This document shows, piece after piece, positions 1 to 9,717 of a DNA stretch of 64,000 nt. Source of the stretch: an uncultured Gemmatimonadales bacterium (GTDB taxonomy: Bacteria > Gemmatimonadota > Gemmatimonadetes > Gemmatimonadales > GWC2-71-9); the NCBI GenBank assembly GCA_963779755.1, contig CAVZZO010000001.1, forward strand, positions 1,408,001 through 1,472,000. Direction: 5' to 3'. Position numbers and translations under genes: made by a program. The notes below the pieces were generated by a model, which saw only the letters and a program-made list of their open reading frames with translations, was not told where the DNA came from and did no database searches. The stretch's first letter is position 1. Each line of letters begins with the position of its first letter.

Positions 1-2
1 TT

Positions 3-302
3 TATCCCTACTCGCGGGCCTTTTCCGAGACTCTGGACACCGCGCTCAACCTGGCGTACCGGCTGAAGCAGCGGGGTGGCGGCCGCAAGGGTACTGTTGT
101 CACGCTGGAAGATTCCGGCGGCACGGGACTCGAGGCTCGTCTGCTGCGAAGGGCGTATCGTCTCTGCCGCGCATTTGCCGGCCTGGATCGATTGCTGCCG
201 CTGCAGCGCGGCTACAAGCTGGCGATCCGGGCGGTGCCGCGTCCGCCCCTTCCCCAGGTACAGGTGGTTGCCCGCTCCCCTCGCCTGCGAGCCGCGCAAT
301 GA
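3..302 (+). CDS. 3' fragment of a probable class I SAM-dependent methyltransferase (runs off left edge)
   Basis: Frame open from window edge: YPYSRAFSETLDTALNLAY...LDRLLPLQRGYKL...AAQ*; its TGA overlaps the next ATG (ATGA at 299-302). Product is guessed from tail resemblance and polysaccharide-cluster context. Confidence 0.5.
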   Translation, partial: YPYSRAFSETLDTALNLAYRLKQRGGGRKGTVVTLEDSGGTGLEARLLRRAYRLCRAFAGLDRLLPLQRGYKLAIRAVPRPPLPQVQVVARSPRLRAAQ

Positions 303-1294
303 CCGGCCCCGTCACCCTGGTCACGGGGGGCACCGGCTGTATCGGCTCCCGGCTGGTGGAATCGCTGGTAGGGGACGGACGCCGCGTCCGCGTGCTGACC
401 CGCTCGGCGTCGCGCGGCCGCACCCGGGTGCCCGAGGGCGCCGAGGTCGTGGAGGGCGACGTGTCCAATCCCGATCACGCCCGGAACTCGGTCTGCGACT
501 GTGAGGCGGTCTTTCACCTGGCCGGCCCTTTCCGGGAGGCGGGGCTGCCGGATCACCGCTATCGCGAGGTGCAGGTGGATGGAACCCGCAACATGCTGGA
601 GGCGGCGCGAGAGGCGGGCGTGCAACGGTTCGTGCATGTGAGCACCATCGGGGTGCTGGGCCACATCGCCCATCCGCCGGCGGACGAGAACAGCCCTTAC
701 AATCCGGGCGACGTCTACCAGGAAACCAAAATGGAGGGAGAGCGGCTGGCGCTGGAATTCCGGCAGCGGCACCAGGGAATGCACCTCACCGTGGCGCGCC
801 CTGCCTCGGTGTACGGCCCCGGCGACCTGCGCTTCCTCAAGCTCTTCAAAGCCATCCGGCGCGGCTGGTTCGTGATGCTGGGCAAAGGCGAGGTGCTGCT
901 GCACCTGGTGTACCTGGACGATGTCGTCCGCGGCCTGCGGCTGCTGGAGACTTCCCCCGACGCGGACGGCGAGGTCTTCATCCTCGCGGGGCCGCAGGCG
1001 CGGCCGCTCAACGATATCACCGCGCTGATCGCCGACATTCTCGAGGTCAAACAGCCCCGGCGGCATGCGCCCGCCTGGCCGGTGCAACTGGCCGGGAGCT
1101 TGTGCGAGCGGCTCTGCATTCCCCTGGGCATCAACCCTCCCATCTTCCGGCGGCGGGTCGACTTCTTCACCAAGAGCCGGGCCTTCCGGATCGACAAGGC
1201 GGAACGGCTGCTGGGTTTCCGGCCCAAAGTGGATGTGGAGGCCGGTCTGCGCCGTACGGCGGACTGGTATCGGGGACAGCGGTTGCTTGATTGA
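299..1294 (+). CDS. NAD-dependent epimerase/dehydratase (extended SDR)
   Basis: VTGGTGCIG Rossmann motif, YQETK (YxxxK), RPASVYGPGD. Confidence 0.9.
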   Translation: MTGPVTLVTGGTGCIGSRLVESLVGDGRRVRVLTRSASRGRTRVPEGAEVVEGDVSNPDHARNSVCDCEAVFHLAGPFREAGLPDHRYREVQVDGTRNMLEAAREAGVQRFVHVSTIGVLGHIAHPPADENSPYNPGDVYQETKMEGERLALEFRQRHQGMHLTVARPASVYGPGDLRFLKLFKAIRRGWFVMLGKGEVLLHLVYLDDVVRGLRLLETSPDADGEVFILAGPQARPLNDITALIADILEVKQPRRHAPAWPVQLAGSLCERLCIPLGINPPIFRRRVDFFTKSRAFRIDKAERLLGFRPKVDVEAGLRRTADWYRGQRLLD

Positions 1295-1337
1295 GTGGGC
1301 AGAGTGGGCAGAGTGGGTAGACGGGGACGGGGACGGG
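1293..1337 (+). repeat. tandem 9-mer (GAGTGGGCA x2 + GAGTGGGTA) followed by (GACGGG)x3
   Basis: Read directly; lies between convergent stop codons. Confidence 0.9.
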
Positions 1338-1348
1338 GCGGTGCGGGG

Positions 1349-2497
1349 TCAGAGGGGAATATCCCCGCCGATGGGGTTGTCCGGACGGTTGGCCGGGGCC
1401 GCCCGGGCGGTCCCGTCCAGCAAGCCGAGGAGGATGCGATGCACCGAGTCCGCCCGCTGGTCCCAGGAGTGTTCCCGCCGGATGATCCCGGCGGCACGCG
1501 CCCCCATAGCCTGTCGCAGCGCCTCATCGCCGGCCAGGCGCCGCACCGCCCGGGCCAGCGCGGCGTCGTCGTTCTGCGGGATGACCACCCCTCCCTCGCA
1601 GGCCCGGAGGATGTCCGTCTGGCCATGGTAATCCGTGACGATAGCCGGCACGCCGCACGCCAGCGTCTCGTACAGCTTGAGCGGCGACATGCCGGTACCC
1701 GGCCGCTCCGGCAGATCCCGCTTGAGCGAGAGTCCGGCAATACTGCCGGCGATGAGTCCAGGCATGTCCTGGTAGGGCACCACGCCGCGGTATTCCACCG
1801 CGTGCTCTCGCGCCGCCTGCGCTACCCGGGGGCGCAGCTGCCCGTCGCCGGCGATCACCGCGCGCACCCCCGCGGGCCAGTCGGGATGCCGCACCGCCTC
1901 CAGCAGCGTTTCCACTCCCTGCCATGGCGCCAGCACGCCGAAGAAGAGCACGTAGGGGAATCCGGGCCGCCAGGGGGCCGCCCCGGGGCGGAAGATCGCC
2001 GTATTGGCCCCGTTGGGAACCACGTGCACCGGGCGGCCGGGAGCCTCGCGCGCCAGCCAGTCGGCCATGGCAGGGGTCACGGTGATGAGGGCGGAGGCCC
2101 GGCGAAGCTGGGCGCGCTGCAGTCCGATGAATACGGGGCGGAAACGGCGGGTCCAGGGCTTCGCGATGAAGCGATCCTGGTACGGGCCGTTCACCTCGTG
2201 CACGACCGGTATCCCGCCCAGCCTGGCGCCGAGGGCGGTGGGCCAGGCCAGCGCATCGGAGCGGATGTAGACCAGATCGTAGCGCGAGAGCCGGGGAATA
2301 AGGTGGACCTGCGGCTGGAGATATCGTCCCAGATAGCGGAGCTTGCCCGCGCGCTGCCCCGGCGCGTCCCGGGTCACCTCATGCAGGTCGACGTCCCATC
2401 CGCGCCGCCGCAGGCCGGCGATGATCTCATGCACGTGCGCGTGGCTGGCTTGCCCCTCGAGGGTCTGCTGCAGACAGAGATAGGCCAGGCGAGGCAT
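1349..2497 (-). CDS. glycosyltransferase family 4
   Basis: Start trimmed to MPRLAYL; VVPNGAN, FFGVLAPWQG, SPLKLYETLACGVP GT-B motifs. Confidence 0.88.
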   Translation of the reverse strand: MPRLAYLCLQQTLEGQASHAHVHEIIAGLRRRGWDVDLHEVTRDAPGQRAGKLRYLGRYLQPQVHLIPRLSRYDLVYIRSDALAWPTALGARLGGIPVVHEVNGPYQDRFIAKPWTRRFRPVFIGLQRAQLRRASALITVTPAMADWLAREAPGRPVHVVPNGANTAIFRPGAAPWRPGFPYVLFFGVLAPWQGVETLLEAVRHPDWPAGVRAVIAGDGQLRPRVAQAAREHAVEYRGVVPYQDMPGLIAGSIAGLSLKRDLPERPGTGMSPLKLYETLACGVPAIVTDYHGQTDILRACEGGVVIPQNDDAALARAVRRLAGDEALRQAMGARAAGIIRREHSWDQRADSVHRILLGLLDGTARAAPANRPDNPIGGDIPL

Positions 2498-2534
2498 GCG
2501 CCAAGATAGCCCGGTCGCTCTCGAGGAGGGTGTG

Positions 2535-4070
2535 ATGCAGGAACCGTCCGCCCCTCGGCCCCCGCCGGACCGGCATTTCGGGACCGAACATCTGCGGGCC
2601 AACCTCCGGGAGCGCTCGGTGCGGGGCGGCGCCCTGGTGCTGGGGGCGCAGAGCATCAAGTTTGCGCTGCAGGTGGGGTCTACCATGATCCTGGCCCGCC
2701 TGCTCACGCCGCGCGACTTCGGCCTGATCGGCATGGTCACCGCCATCACGGGCTTCCTGGCGCTCTTCAAAGACCTGGGCTTGTCACGCGCCACGGTCCA
2801 GCGCGAGGAGATTACCCAGGGGCAGGTCAGCGCCCTCTTCTGGATCAACGTTCTGGTGAGCCTGGTGCTTACCTTGCTCACCGCCGTGCTGGCGCCGTTG
2901 GTGAGCCGCTTCTACGGCGAGCCGCGGTTGACCCTGGTGACCCTGGCGCTGGCCGCGGGGTTCCTCTTTGGCGGACTGAGCGTGCAGCACCAGGCCCTAC
3001 TGCAGCGGCAGATGCGCTTCCGCGCGCTGGCCGCGGTGGACGTCGGTTCACTGCTGCTGGGGATTCTGGCGGCGGTGGCGGTTGCCCTTGGCGGCAGCAG
3101 CTACTGGGCGCTGGTGGCCATGCCGCTGGTGACCGTCGCGGCGGCCACCGCCGGATACTGGACCCTCTGCCGCTGGCGGCCGGGCCGGCCCGCCTGGTCG
3201 GAGCGGACCCGCTCCATGCTGGGCTTCGGGGGGAATCTCACAGCCTATAACGTGATCAACTACGCCGCCCGCAACGGCGACAATCTCCTGATCGGCCGGG
3301 TATGGGGGGCCGGTCCGCTGGGGCTCTATACCCGCGCCTATCAACTGCTGCTGCTGCCGGTGCGCCAGGTGAATGCGCCCGTTGCCTCGGTGGCGGTGCC
3401 GGCCATGAGCCGGCTGGTGGGGGAGCCCGTGCGCTATCGCCGGGCCTATCTCCGGTTTGCCGGGCTGGTCGCGCTGGTAACCATGCCGGCCATCGCGCTG
3501 CTCGCGGTCACCAGCGACTGGGTGGTACGGATCACGCTGGGGCCGGGCTGGCAGGGAGCCGTCGCGATCTTCACCTGGCTCAGCATCGCCGCCCTGGTGC
3601 AGCCGGTGGCGAATACCACCGGCTGGCTGTTCATCACCCAGGACCGGACCCGTGAGATGCTGCACTGGGGCGTGATCGGCGGCAGCCTGGCCCTGCTTTC
3701 CTTTATAGCCGGACTACCCTGGGGAGCGGTGGGGGTAGCGGCGGCCTACGCCTGTACCGACCTCGTGCTGCGGACGCCGATCCTGTTCTGGCTGGCCGGC
3801 CGGCATGGTCCGGTCCGGCCCCGCGATATCTACCGTACGCTGGCGCTCCCCGGACTGGTGGCGTGTGCGGTTCTGGCCGCGGTGGGCTCGCTCCGCCTCT
3901 GGGGGCCGGCGCTGCGTCCGCTGCCGGGGCTCCTGCTCTCCACCGGGCTTGCAGCAGTGGCATCCCTGGCCTTGCTGCTGGTACTGCCTGCGGGCCGGGA
4001 CGCGCTGGCCGAGCTGCGACGGCTGGGGGCCACCGTCACCCAGGGGCGCGCCGGAGGAGCGGAGTCATGA
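2535..4070 (+). CDS. Wzx-type polysaccharide flippase (WzxC/PST family)
   Basis: LARLLTPRDFGL, DLGLSRATVQ, GLYTRAY motifs, many TM segments; GAGGAGG SD upstream of ATG 2535. Confidence 0.88.
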   Translation: MQEPSAPRPPPDRHFGTEHLRANLRERSVRGGALVLGAQSIKFALQVGSTMILARLLTPRDFGLIGMVTAITGFLALFKDLGLSRATVQREEITQGQVSALFWINVLVSLVLTLLTAVLAPLVSRFYGEPRLTLVTLALAAGFLFGGLSVQHQALLQRQMRFRALAAVDVGSLLLGILAAVAVALGGSSYWALVAMPLVTVAAATAGYWTLCRWRPGRPAWSERTRSMLGFGGNLTAYNVINYAARNGDNLLIGRVWGAGPLGLYTRAYQLLLLPVRQVNAPVASVAVPAMSRLVGEPVRYRRAYLRFAGLVALVTMPAIALLAVTSDWVVRITLGPGWQGAVAIFTWLSIAALVQPVANTTGWLFITQDRTREMLHWGVIGGSLALLSFIAGLPWGAVGVAAAYACTDLVLRTPILFWLAGRHGPVRPRDIYRTLALPGLVACAVLAAVGSLRLWGPALRPLPGLLLSTGLAAVASLALLLVLPAGRDALAELRRLGATVTQGRAGGAES

Positions 4071-5290
4071 GGGTGGCGTATCTGCTGGAACGGTTTCCGG
4101 TCGTCTCGGAGACTTTCATCCTGACCCAGATGACGGCGCTCGCCGCGCGGGGACACGAGATCATCGTGCTGGCCGAGCGCCCGTCAGGAGAGCCGGTGAC
4201 CCATCGGGAGGTGTCGGACCGCTCGGTGGCGCAGCCCCACTACGGATTCTCCACCCCCGGCGGCCGCACCGCCCGACGCCTGCGCCAGGGGGGAAGGCTG
4301 GTGGCCGATGTCATGCGCGGGCGGGTATCGCCCTTGCGGGCCGGCCGATTGCTGCAGCGCTACGGCGAGGCCGGTCTGGCGGCCTGGTCCTTCGCGCCGT
4401 TGCCCGAACTGGTGGGCGGCTTCGATGCCATCGTCGCGCATTTCGGCACCATGGGCCTCCGCGGCGCCGCCCTGCGCGAAGCCGATCGGATCGGGGGACC
4501 GCTGGTCACCTGTTTTCACGGCTTTGACATGACGCGGATACCGCGGGAACAGGGACCCGGGGTGTATCGCCCGCTCTTCGCCCAGGGTGAGCTGTTTCTG
4601 CCGGTGAGTGAATTCTGGCGCGACCGGCTCCTCGGCTGGGGCGCCGACCCCGCCCGTACCCGCGTCCTCCCCATGGGCATCCGCCTGGAGCGTTTTCCCT
4701 ACGAGCCGCCGTCGCCCGATGGTGTCCGGCCGCTGGAGGTGCTCAGCATTGCGCGGCTGGTGGAGAAGAAGGGCATCGAATTCGGGCTGCAGGCGATCGC
4801 CCGGCTGCCCGAGCTCCAGCTGCGCTATACCATCGTGGGTGAGGGCCCGCTCCGGGCGAGCCTGGAGCGAATGGTGGTGGAGCTCGGGCTGGCCGGCCGG
4901 GTACGCTTTACCGGCTGGGCCGACCAGACAGCGGTGCGGAAGCTACTGCGGGGAGCCGACATCCTGCTGGCCCCCAGCATCACGGCCGCCGACGGCGATC
5001 AGGAAGGCATCCCCGTAGTGCTGATGGAGGCGATGGCGATGGGGGTGCCGGTGGTCAGCACCACCCACAGCGGCATTCCCGAACTGGTGACGGACGGCGA
5101 GTCCGGCTTTCTCGTGCCCGAGCGGGACAGCGCCCGGCTCGCTGAGCGGATACTGTGGCTGGCCTCCCGGCCCGAGTGCCGCCTGGGAATCTCGCAGGCC
5201 GCCCGGCACCGCGTCGAGTTGCAGCACGATGCCGCCCAGCTGGCCGGTCGGTTGGAGGGAATGCTGCGCGGCCTCTCGGCCAGGCGATGA
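4067..5290 (+). CDS. GT4 glycosyltransferase, WcaL-like
   Basis: FPVVSETFI, ARLVEKKG, DGDQEGIPVVLMEAMAMG, HSGIPELV; ATGA overlap with flippase. Confidence 0.88.
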   Translation: MRVAYLLERFPVVSETFILTQMTALAARGHEIIVLAERPSGEPVTHREVSDRSVAQPHYGFSTPGGRTARRLRQGGRLVADVMRGRVSPLRAGRLLQRYGEAGLAAWSFAPLPELVGGFDAIVAHFGTMGLRGAALREADRIGGPLVTCFHGFDMTRIPREQGPGVYRPLFAQGELFLPVSEFWRDRLLGWGADPARTRVLPMGIRLERFPYEPPSPDGVRPLEVLSIARLVEKKGIEFGLQAIARLPELQLRYTIVGEGPLRASLERMVVELGLAGRVRFTGWADQTAVRKLLRGADILLAPSITAADGDQEGIPVVLMEAMAMGVPVVSTTHSGIPELVTDGESGFLVPERDSARLAERILWLASRPECRLGISQAARHRVELQHDAAQLAGRLEGMLRGLSARR

Positions 5291-6135
5291 GACTGCCGAC
5301 CTTTCTCATTGTCGGGGCGCAGAAGAGCGGGACGACCTGGCTGGCCGCCCAGCTCCGTCGTCACCGCGACATCTTCATCGCCCCCAGGGAGATTCACTTC
5401 TTCGACAAGGCGCATAACGCACGCCGGGGGGCCGGCTGGTATGCCGCCCATTTCGCCGATGCCGGGGAGGCGGTGGCGATAGGGGAAAAGACACCCGACT
5501 ATCTCTGGGCCAACGGCCAGGGCGCCGAAAACCATCTGCCAGATGTCCACCGCCGGATCCACGCGCTGCTGCCGGAGGCCCGGCTGGTGGTGGTGCTGCG
5601 CGAGCCGGTAGCGCGTGCCATCTCGGCAGTGCGGCACCTGATGCGGACGCGGCGGGTGTCGCCCCGGGAGCCGCTCGACCGTCTGCTCTCGCCGGTGCAT
5701 CCGGTCTGCCGGGCGCACGGTGTGCTGGCCAAAGGCTGCTACGCCGGGCAGCTCGCAGCCTTCCTGGAGCTGTATCCCCGGGAGCGTCTGCTGATCTTCA
5801 TCTTCGAGGACGATGTGGTCGCCGCGCCGGAGCGCTCGTTGCGGCGCGCCTGCGAATTTCTGGGAGTGGAACCATACCTGGCGGTCGAGCCGGGAGCGGA
5901 GCGCAACGAGAGCCGGCGTAGCCGGCTCCGCCTGCTCATGGATTATTATCTGCCGGCCCTGCGGCCGTTCACGCCCGGGCTGGACCGGTTGGCGACGGCG
6001 TGGCAACCCCGGCCATCGGCCGCGGTGCTCGAGCAGTTGCGGGCGTTCTACCGGCCGGAGAACGAGCGGCTGTTCACGCTCATCGGCCGGAGAATCCCTT
6101 CCTGGGAAGCCGGCGAGCGTGCCGGACCCACATAG
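5287..6135 (+). CDS. sulfotransferase family protein
   Basis: PTFLIVGAQKSGTT (5'-PSB), EIHFFD, GEKTPDY, LREPVARAIS (3'-PB). Confidence 0.88.
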   Translation: MRLPTFLIVGAQKSGTTWLAAQLRRHRDIFIAPREIHFFDKAHNARRGAGWYAAHFADAGEAVAIGEKTPDYLWANGQGAENHLPDVHRRIHALLPEARLVVVLREPVARAISAVRHLMRTRRVSPREPLDRLLSPVHPVCRAHGVLAKGCYAGQLAAFLELYPRERLLIFIFEDDVVAAPERSLRRACEFLGVEPYLAVEPGAERNESRRSRLRLLMDYYLPALRPFTPGLDRLATAWQPRPSAAVLEQLRAFYRPENERLFTLIGRRIPSWEAGERAGPT

Positions 6136-7337
6136 CCGGACAGTTCGGCCAGCAGATCGAGATGCCGGCCTACCGCGAGGTCGAGGCTGTAGAGTCCGGT
6201 GACCCGCCGGCGCGCCGCCGTTCCCATGCGCCGCCCGGCCGCCGGGTCGGTCGCGAGCCGTTGCAGCGCGGCGGCGAGTGCCGCGGGATTGCGATGCGGG
6301 ACCAGGTAGCCGGTTTCCCCCGGCAGAATCAACTCGCTGTTACCGCTGGCGGGGGTACCCACCACCGGGAGCCCGCAGGCCATCGCCTCCAGCAGGGCAA
6401 TGGAAAACCCCTCACGTTCCGAGGGGAGCACGAAGGCGTCGGCGGCACGGAGGTAGTCGCCCACGTTGGGCCGTGGACCGGTGAAGATCACGCGATCTCC
6501 CAGCTTGAGCTCGTTCACCCGGCTCCGCAGCTCGGGCTCGCAGCCGCAGACGGTACTGTCCCCGCCTACGATCACCAGGTGGGACTCGGGATGCCCGCCG
6601 GCCATCTCCCGCCAGGCCTCGACCAGAGTAAAGAGGCCCTTGTCGCGATGGAGCCGGCCGGCGTAGAGCACGAGAAAGCCTGAGGGCAGGTCCAGCTCGC
6701 CGCGCAGCCGAAGCCGCTCGGACTCATCCGCCGGGTGGAAGCGGTCGGTATCCACCCCGTTGGGCAACGGGCGGATCCTTCCAGGTGCGAACCCTACCTG
6801 CCGGAACTCCTGCTCGATATCCCGGCTGATGGCCACGAAGCAGGTGGCCCGGCGGAGTAGAGCGTTGCGGGCAGCCATGGCCAGGGCGACGGCGCCGCGC
6901 AGCAGCAGGCCGCCCCGCCGGCGGGCCTGCCAGACGAAGCGGCCATTGGCTTCGCCCGTCTGTTCGGCGCGGAGCAGGACTGGCTTCCCCAGCAGGAATC
7001 CCAGGGGCACGGCGATGGAGCCCAGCACCCGGAGCCCGAACACATAGATGATGTCGTACTGCCGGCGCAGCTGGATCAGCCGGAGCGCGGCCGGCAGGAG
7101 CAGGAGGTATTTGCCCAACCGTTTCCGGCCGGTGGGCGGCAGGCGGAGAATGGTGACCCCATCGACGCGTTCGACAGGCTTGAGTTCCGGCCGCTCGCGG
7201 CGGGTGAGCACCAGGGTGCGGATGCCCTGGCGCCGCAGCTCCCGCGCGAGGGCCAGACCATAGGTGCCCACTCCTCCACCCAAGGGGTAGAAGGCTTCGG
7301 CCAGGATGCAGATCCGCGGCGGGGTGGGTCGGGGCAT
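6048..7337 (-). CDS. glycosyltransferase family 4
   Basis: PNGVDTDRF, GRLHRDKG, EGFSIALLEAMACGLPVV. Confidence 0.9.
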   Translation of the reverse strand: MPRPTPPRICILAEAFYPLGGGVGTYGLALARELRRQGIRTLVLTRRERPELKPVERVDGVTILRLPPTGRKRLGKYLLLLPAALRLIQLRRQYDIIYVFGLRVLGSIAVPLGFLLGKPVLLRAEQTGEANGRFVWQARRRGGLLLRGAVALAMAARNALLRRATCFVAISRDIEQEFRQVGFAPGRIRPLPNGVDTDRFHPADESERLRLRGELDLPSGFLVLYAGRLHRDKGLFTLVEAWREMAGGHPESHLVIVGGDSTVCGCEPELRSRVNELKLGDRVIFTGPRPNVGDYLRAADAFVLPSEREGFSIALLEAMACGLPVVGTPASGNSELILPGETGYLVPHRNPAALAAALQRLATDPAAGRRMGTAARRRVTGLYSLDLAVGRHLDLLAELSGYVGPARSPASQEGILRPMSVNSRSFSGR

Positions 7338-7443
7338 GGGGGTGGCGCAGGCTCCGGATGAGGACGGGAACGCTCCCCTAGCTAGCGTCGAACTCCATCT
7401 GGGGCCGTGACTTGCCGCACAGCGCGGCGGGCCCTGGCGCCCG

Positions 7444-7472
7444 TTGCCCGCCGGGCGGCTGGTGGTTAGGAT
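7444..7472 (+). promoter_or_regulatory. sigma70-type promoter for tRNA-Asn
   Basis: TTGCCC-17 nt-TAGGAT about 30 nt upstream of the tRNA. Confidence 0.55.
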
Positions 7473-7503
7473 TGGGTCGCCGCCCGGCGGTGCCGGCGGC
7501 CGA

Positions 7504-7576
7504 TCCCGAGTAGCTCAGTTGGTAGAGCAGGTGACTGTTAATCACCGGGTCGGGGGTTCGAGTCCCTCCTCGGGAG
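7504..7576 (+). tRNA. tRNA-Asn (anticodon GTT), CCA not encoded
   Basis: Acceptor TCCCGAG/CTCGGGA, D arm GCTC-AGTTGGTA-GAGC, anticodon arm GGTGA-CTGTTAA-TCACC, T loop TTCGAGT, discriminator G. Confidence 0.97.
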
Positions 7577-7587
7577 CTGCTATACCG

Positions 7588-7627
7588 GCACCCTCTCGCT
7601 CGAAAGGACGGGAGGGTGTCTTCTGTT
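7588..7627 (+). terminator. intrinsic terminator after tRNA-Asn
   Basis: CACCCTCTCG...CGGGAGGGTG stem (one G-U) followed by TCTTCTGTT. Confidence 0.6.
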
Positions 7628-7786
7628 GCGGCCCGGCATTGGCTGGACGACGCCAGTCTCGGGCCATATGTTGGCCTATCTGCTTCCCAGTTTCTCGCGT
7701 TTCTCCCTTGCCCTGACGGGCGAGCGGCTGCGCCAAAGCCCTTTCGCCAGCGGCATTCCACAGCGCAGGTTGTGGAGGAAATCCTC

Positions 7787-9607
7787 ATGACCGGAAATCT
7801 CCCCGCCCGAGCGCGCCCGGGGCCTCTCGCCCTGGCAGTGTGGTTCGGGCTGCTTGCGGGATTCGGCGAGTTGATGCTGCTCGCGGTGCGCCGGTTTGTT
7901 CTGCACCGGTTCCTCTTTATAGGACGCGATGTGCTGTGGATGGCACCAGCCGCGGATGTCTGCATCTTTGCGGTCGTTGGGCTGGTGTTCTGGGCCGTGT
8001 CGCGCCTGCCTCAGCGGCCGGAGGTGCGTCCGGTCGCGACGGGGGTGCTGGCCGGGCTGACCATGTTCACCCTGTTGCTCATGTACGGACCGCTGCATCG
8101 TCTTGCAGCCCTGCTCATCGCGGCGGGCGTGGGGGTTCAGACGGCGCGCCTGGTCCGGCCGCGGCTGCACCTGCTGAACCGGCTGGTACGGCGAACTCTG
8201 CCGGTGGGCGTTGCCGTGGTCATCGGCCTGGGTCTGGGGCTGCACGCGTATCTGTGGTGGGTTGAGCGCCGGATGGCAGCGGAGCGCCCCCAGGCGCAGG
8301 CCGATGCTCCGAACATTCTTCTGATCGTGCTGGACACCGTGCGTTCACTGGACCTGAGTCTCTACGGATACCAGCGGTCCACCACCCCTCATCTTGACGA
8401 GTGGGCCCGCAAGGGCACGATTTTCCTGCGGGCTCTTTCCGCCGCCCCATGGACGCTGCCTTCCCACGCGTCGATCATGACGGGGCACTATCCCCACGAC
8501 CTGTCCGCTGACTGGGAGGCTCCGCTGGATGGAACCTACCCCACGCTGGCCGAGGTTCTCGAGACATACGGTTACCGCACCGGCGGCTTCGTGGGGAATA
8601 TCGCGTATTGCAGCTACGAGACCGGAATCGGGCGCGGCTTTTCCCGTTACCAGGATTATGTCATCAATCCCACCAACCTCCTGCTCAGTTCTTCGCTGGC
8701 CAAACTGAGCCGTCGCACCAAGAATCTCCGGTATTCCGGCATCCGCAAGCAGGCGGACCTCGTCAACCGGGAATTTCTTACCTGGTTGGATGAGGACACG
8801 GTGAAGCGGCCCTTCTTCGCCTTCCTGAATTACTTCGACGCCCACGGCCCCTATGCGCCGCCCCCGCCCTATGACCGGATGTTCGCAGGTCCGGGCGACG
8901 GGCAGCGCCTCCAGCAAGACATTCGGGACATACCGGCGCGGGAGTGGACACCGTCAATGGTTCAGGCCGCGAGAGACGCGTACGACGAGTCGATCGCCTA
9001 CCTGGACGGACAACTGAGCCGCGTGTTCGATGTGCTCCAGCAGCGCGGCCTCGCCGATCGTACACTTGTCGTCCTTACGGCAGATCACGGAGAAGAATTC
9101 GGGCGGCACGGTCAGTTCTATCACGGGAATACCCTCTACCGCGCGGCCGTCCAGGTTCCTCTCGTTTTCGTCTGGCCGGGGCATATACCCGAAGGTCTTG
9201 ACGTGGACAGCCCGGTGTCCCTCAGAGACCTGGGCGCCACGATCCTGGCGCTTGCACTCCCTGCGGCGCGGCCGTTTCCCGGGCGCTCCCTCTCCCGGTT
9301 CTGGGATGGGACGTTTGCGGCGGATCGCCCCGACACCCTGCTCCAGGAAGTCAATCATGCCGTGGGACTCCCGAGAGACGCACCAGTCAGTCTTGGACCG
9401 ATGCGAGCGGTTGTGCTGAACGGCCTGCGACTGATCCGTCGCGGTGATGGACGCGAGGAACTCTTCGATTTTGATCACGATACGGCGGAGGGTCGGGATC
9501 TGAGCAACCAGAAGGGGGAGACTGCCGGGCTTGAGGAGCTCCGGGCTGCCCTGGACCAGTTGCTGCTCGGGGAAAGGTCCGGCACACTGTCTTCAAGGCG
9601 ACGCTGA
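7787..9607 (+). CDS. membrane-anchored sulfatase/alkaline-phosphatase-superfamily protein
   Basis: About 5 N-terminal TM helices, then PNILLIVLDTVR, WTLPSHASIMTG, NYFDAHGPY, TADHGEEF; GGAGG SD. Confidence 0.85.
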   Translation: MTGNLPARARPGPLALAVWFGLLAGFGELMLLAVRRFVLHRFLFIGRDVLWMAPAADVCIFAVVGLVFWAVSRLPQRPEVRPVATGVLAGLTMFTLLLMYGPLHRLAALLIAAGVGVQTARLVRPRLHLLNRLVRRTLPVGVAVVIGLGLGLHAYLWWVERRMAAERPQAQADAPNILLIVLDTVRSLDLSLYGYQRSTTPHLDEWARKGTIFLRALSAAPWTLPSHASIMTGHYPHDLSADWEAPLDGTYPTLAEVLETYGYRTGGFVGNIAYCSYETGIGRGFSRYQDYVINPTNLLLSSSLAKLSRRTKNLRYSGIRKQADLVNREFLTWLDEDTVKRPFFAFLNYFDAHGPYAPPPPYDRMFAGPGDGQRLQQDIRDIPAREWTPSMVQAARDAYDESIAYLDGQLSRVFDVLQQRGLADRTLVVLTADHGEEFGRHGQFYHGNTLYRAAVQVPLVFVWPGHIPEGLDVDSPVSLRDLGATILALALPAARPFPGRSLSRFWDGTFAADRPDTLLQEVNHAVGLPRDAPVSLGPMRAVVLNGLRLIRRGDGREELFDFDHDTAEGRDLSNQKGETAGLEELRAALDQLLLGERSGTLSSRRR

Positions 9608-9717
9608 TCCGACGGCGCGAGACGTTTTCCGCTGACTCGCCGGTGGGCGTTCCCCCCGGTCGCGGAATACGGCGCCTCGCGGCAGATTTCGCCCTCTCAG
9701 CGGCTCCTCCTGCCGTC

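Noticed and set aside
7504..9700. tRNA-Asn as an integration site for an island
   Set aside because: No integrase and no duplicated tRNA 3' end found in the window; the sulfatase gene looks only slightly less GC-rich by eye.
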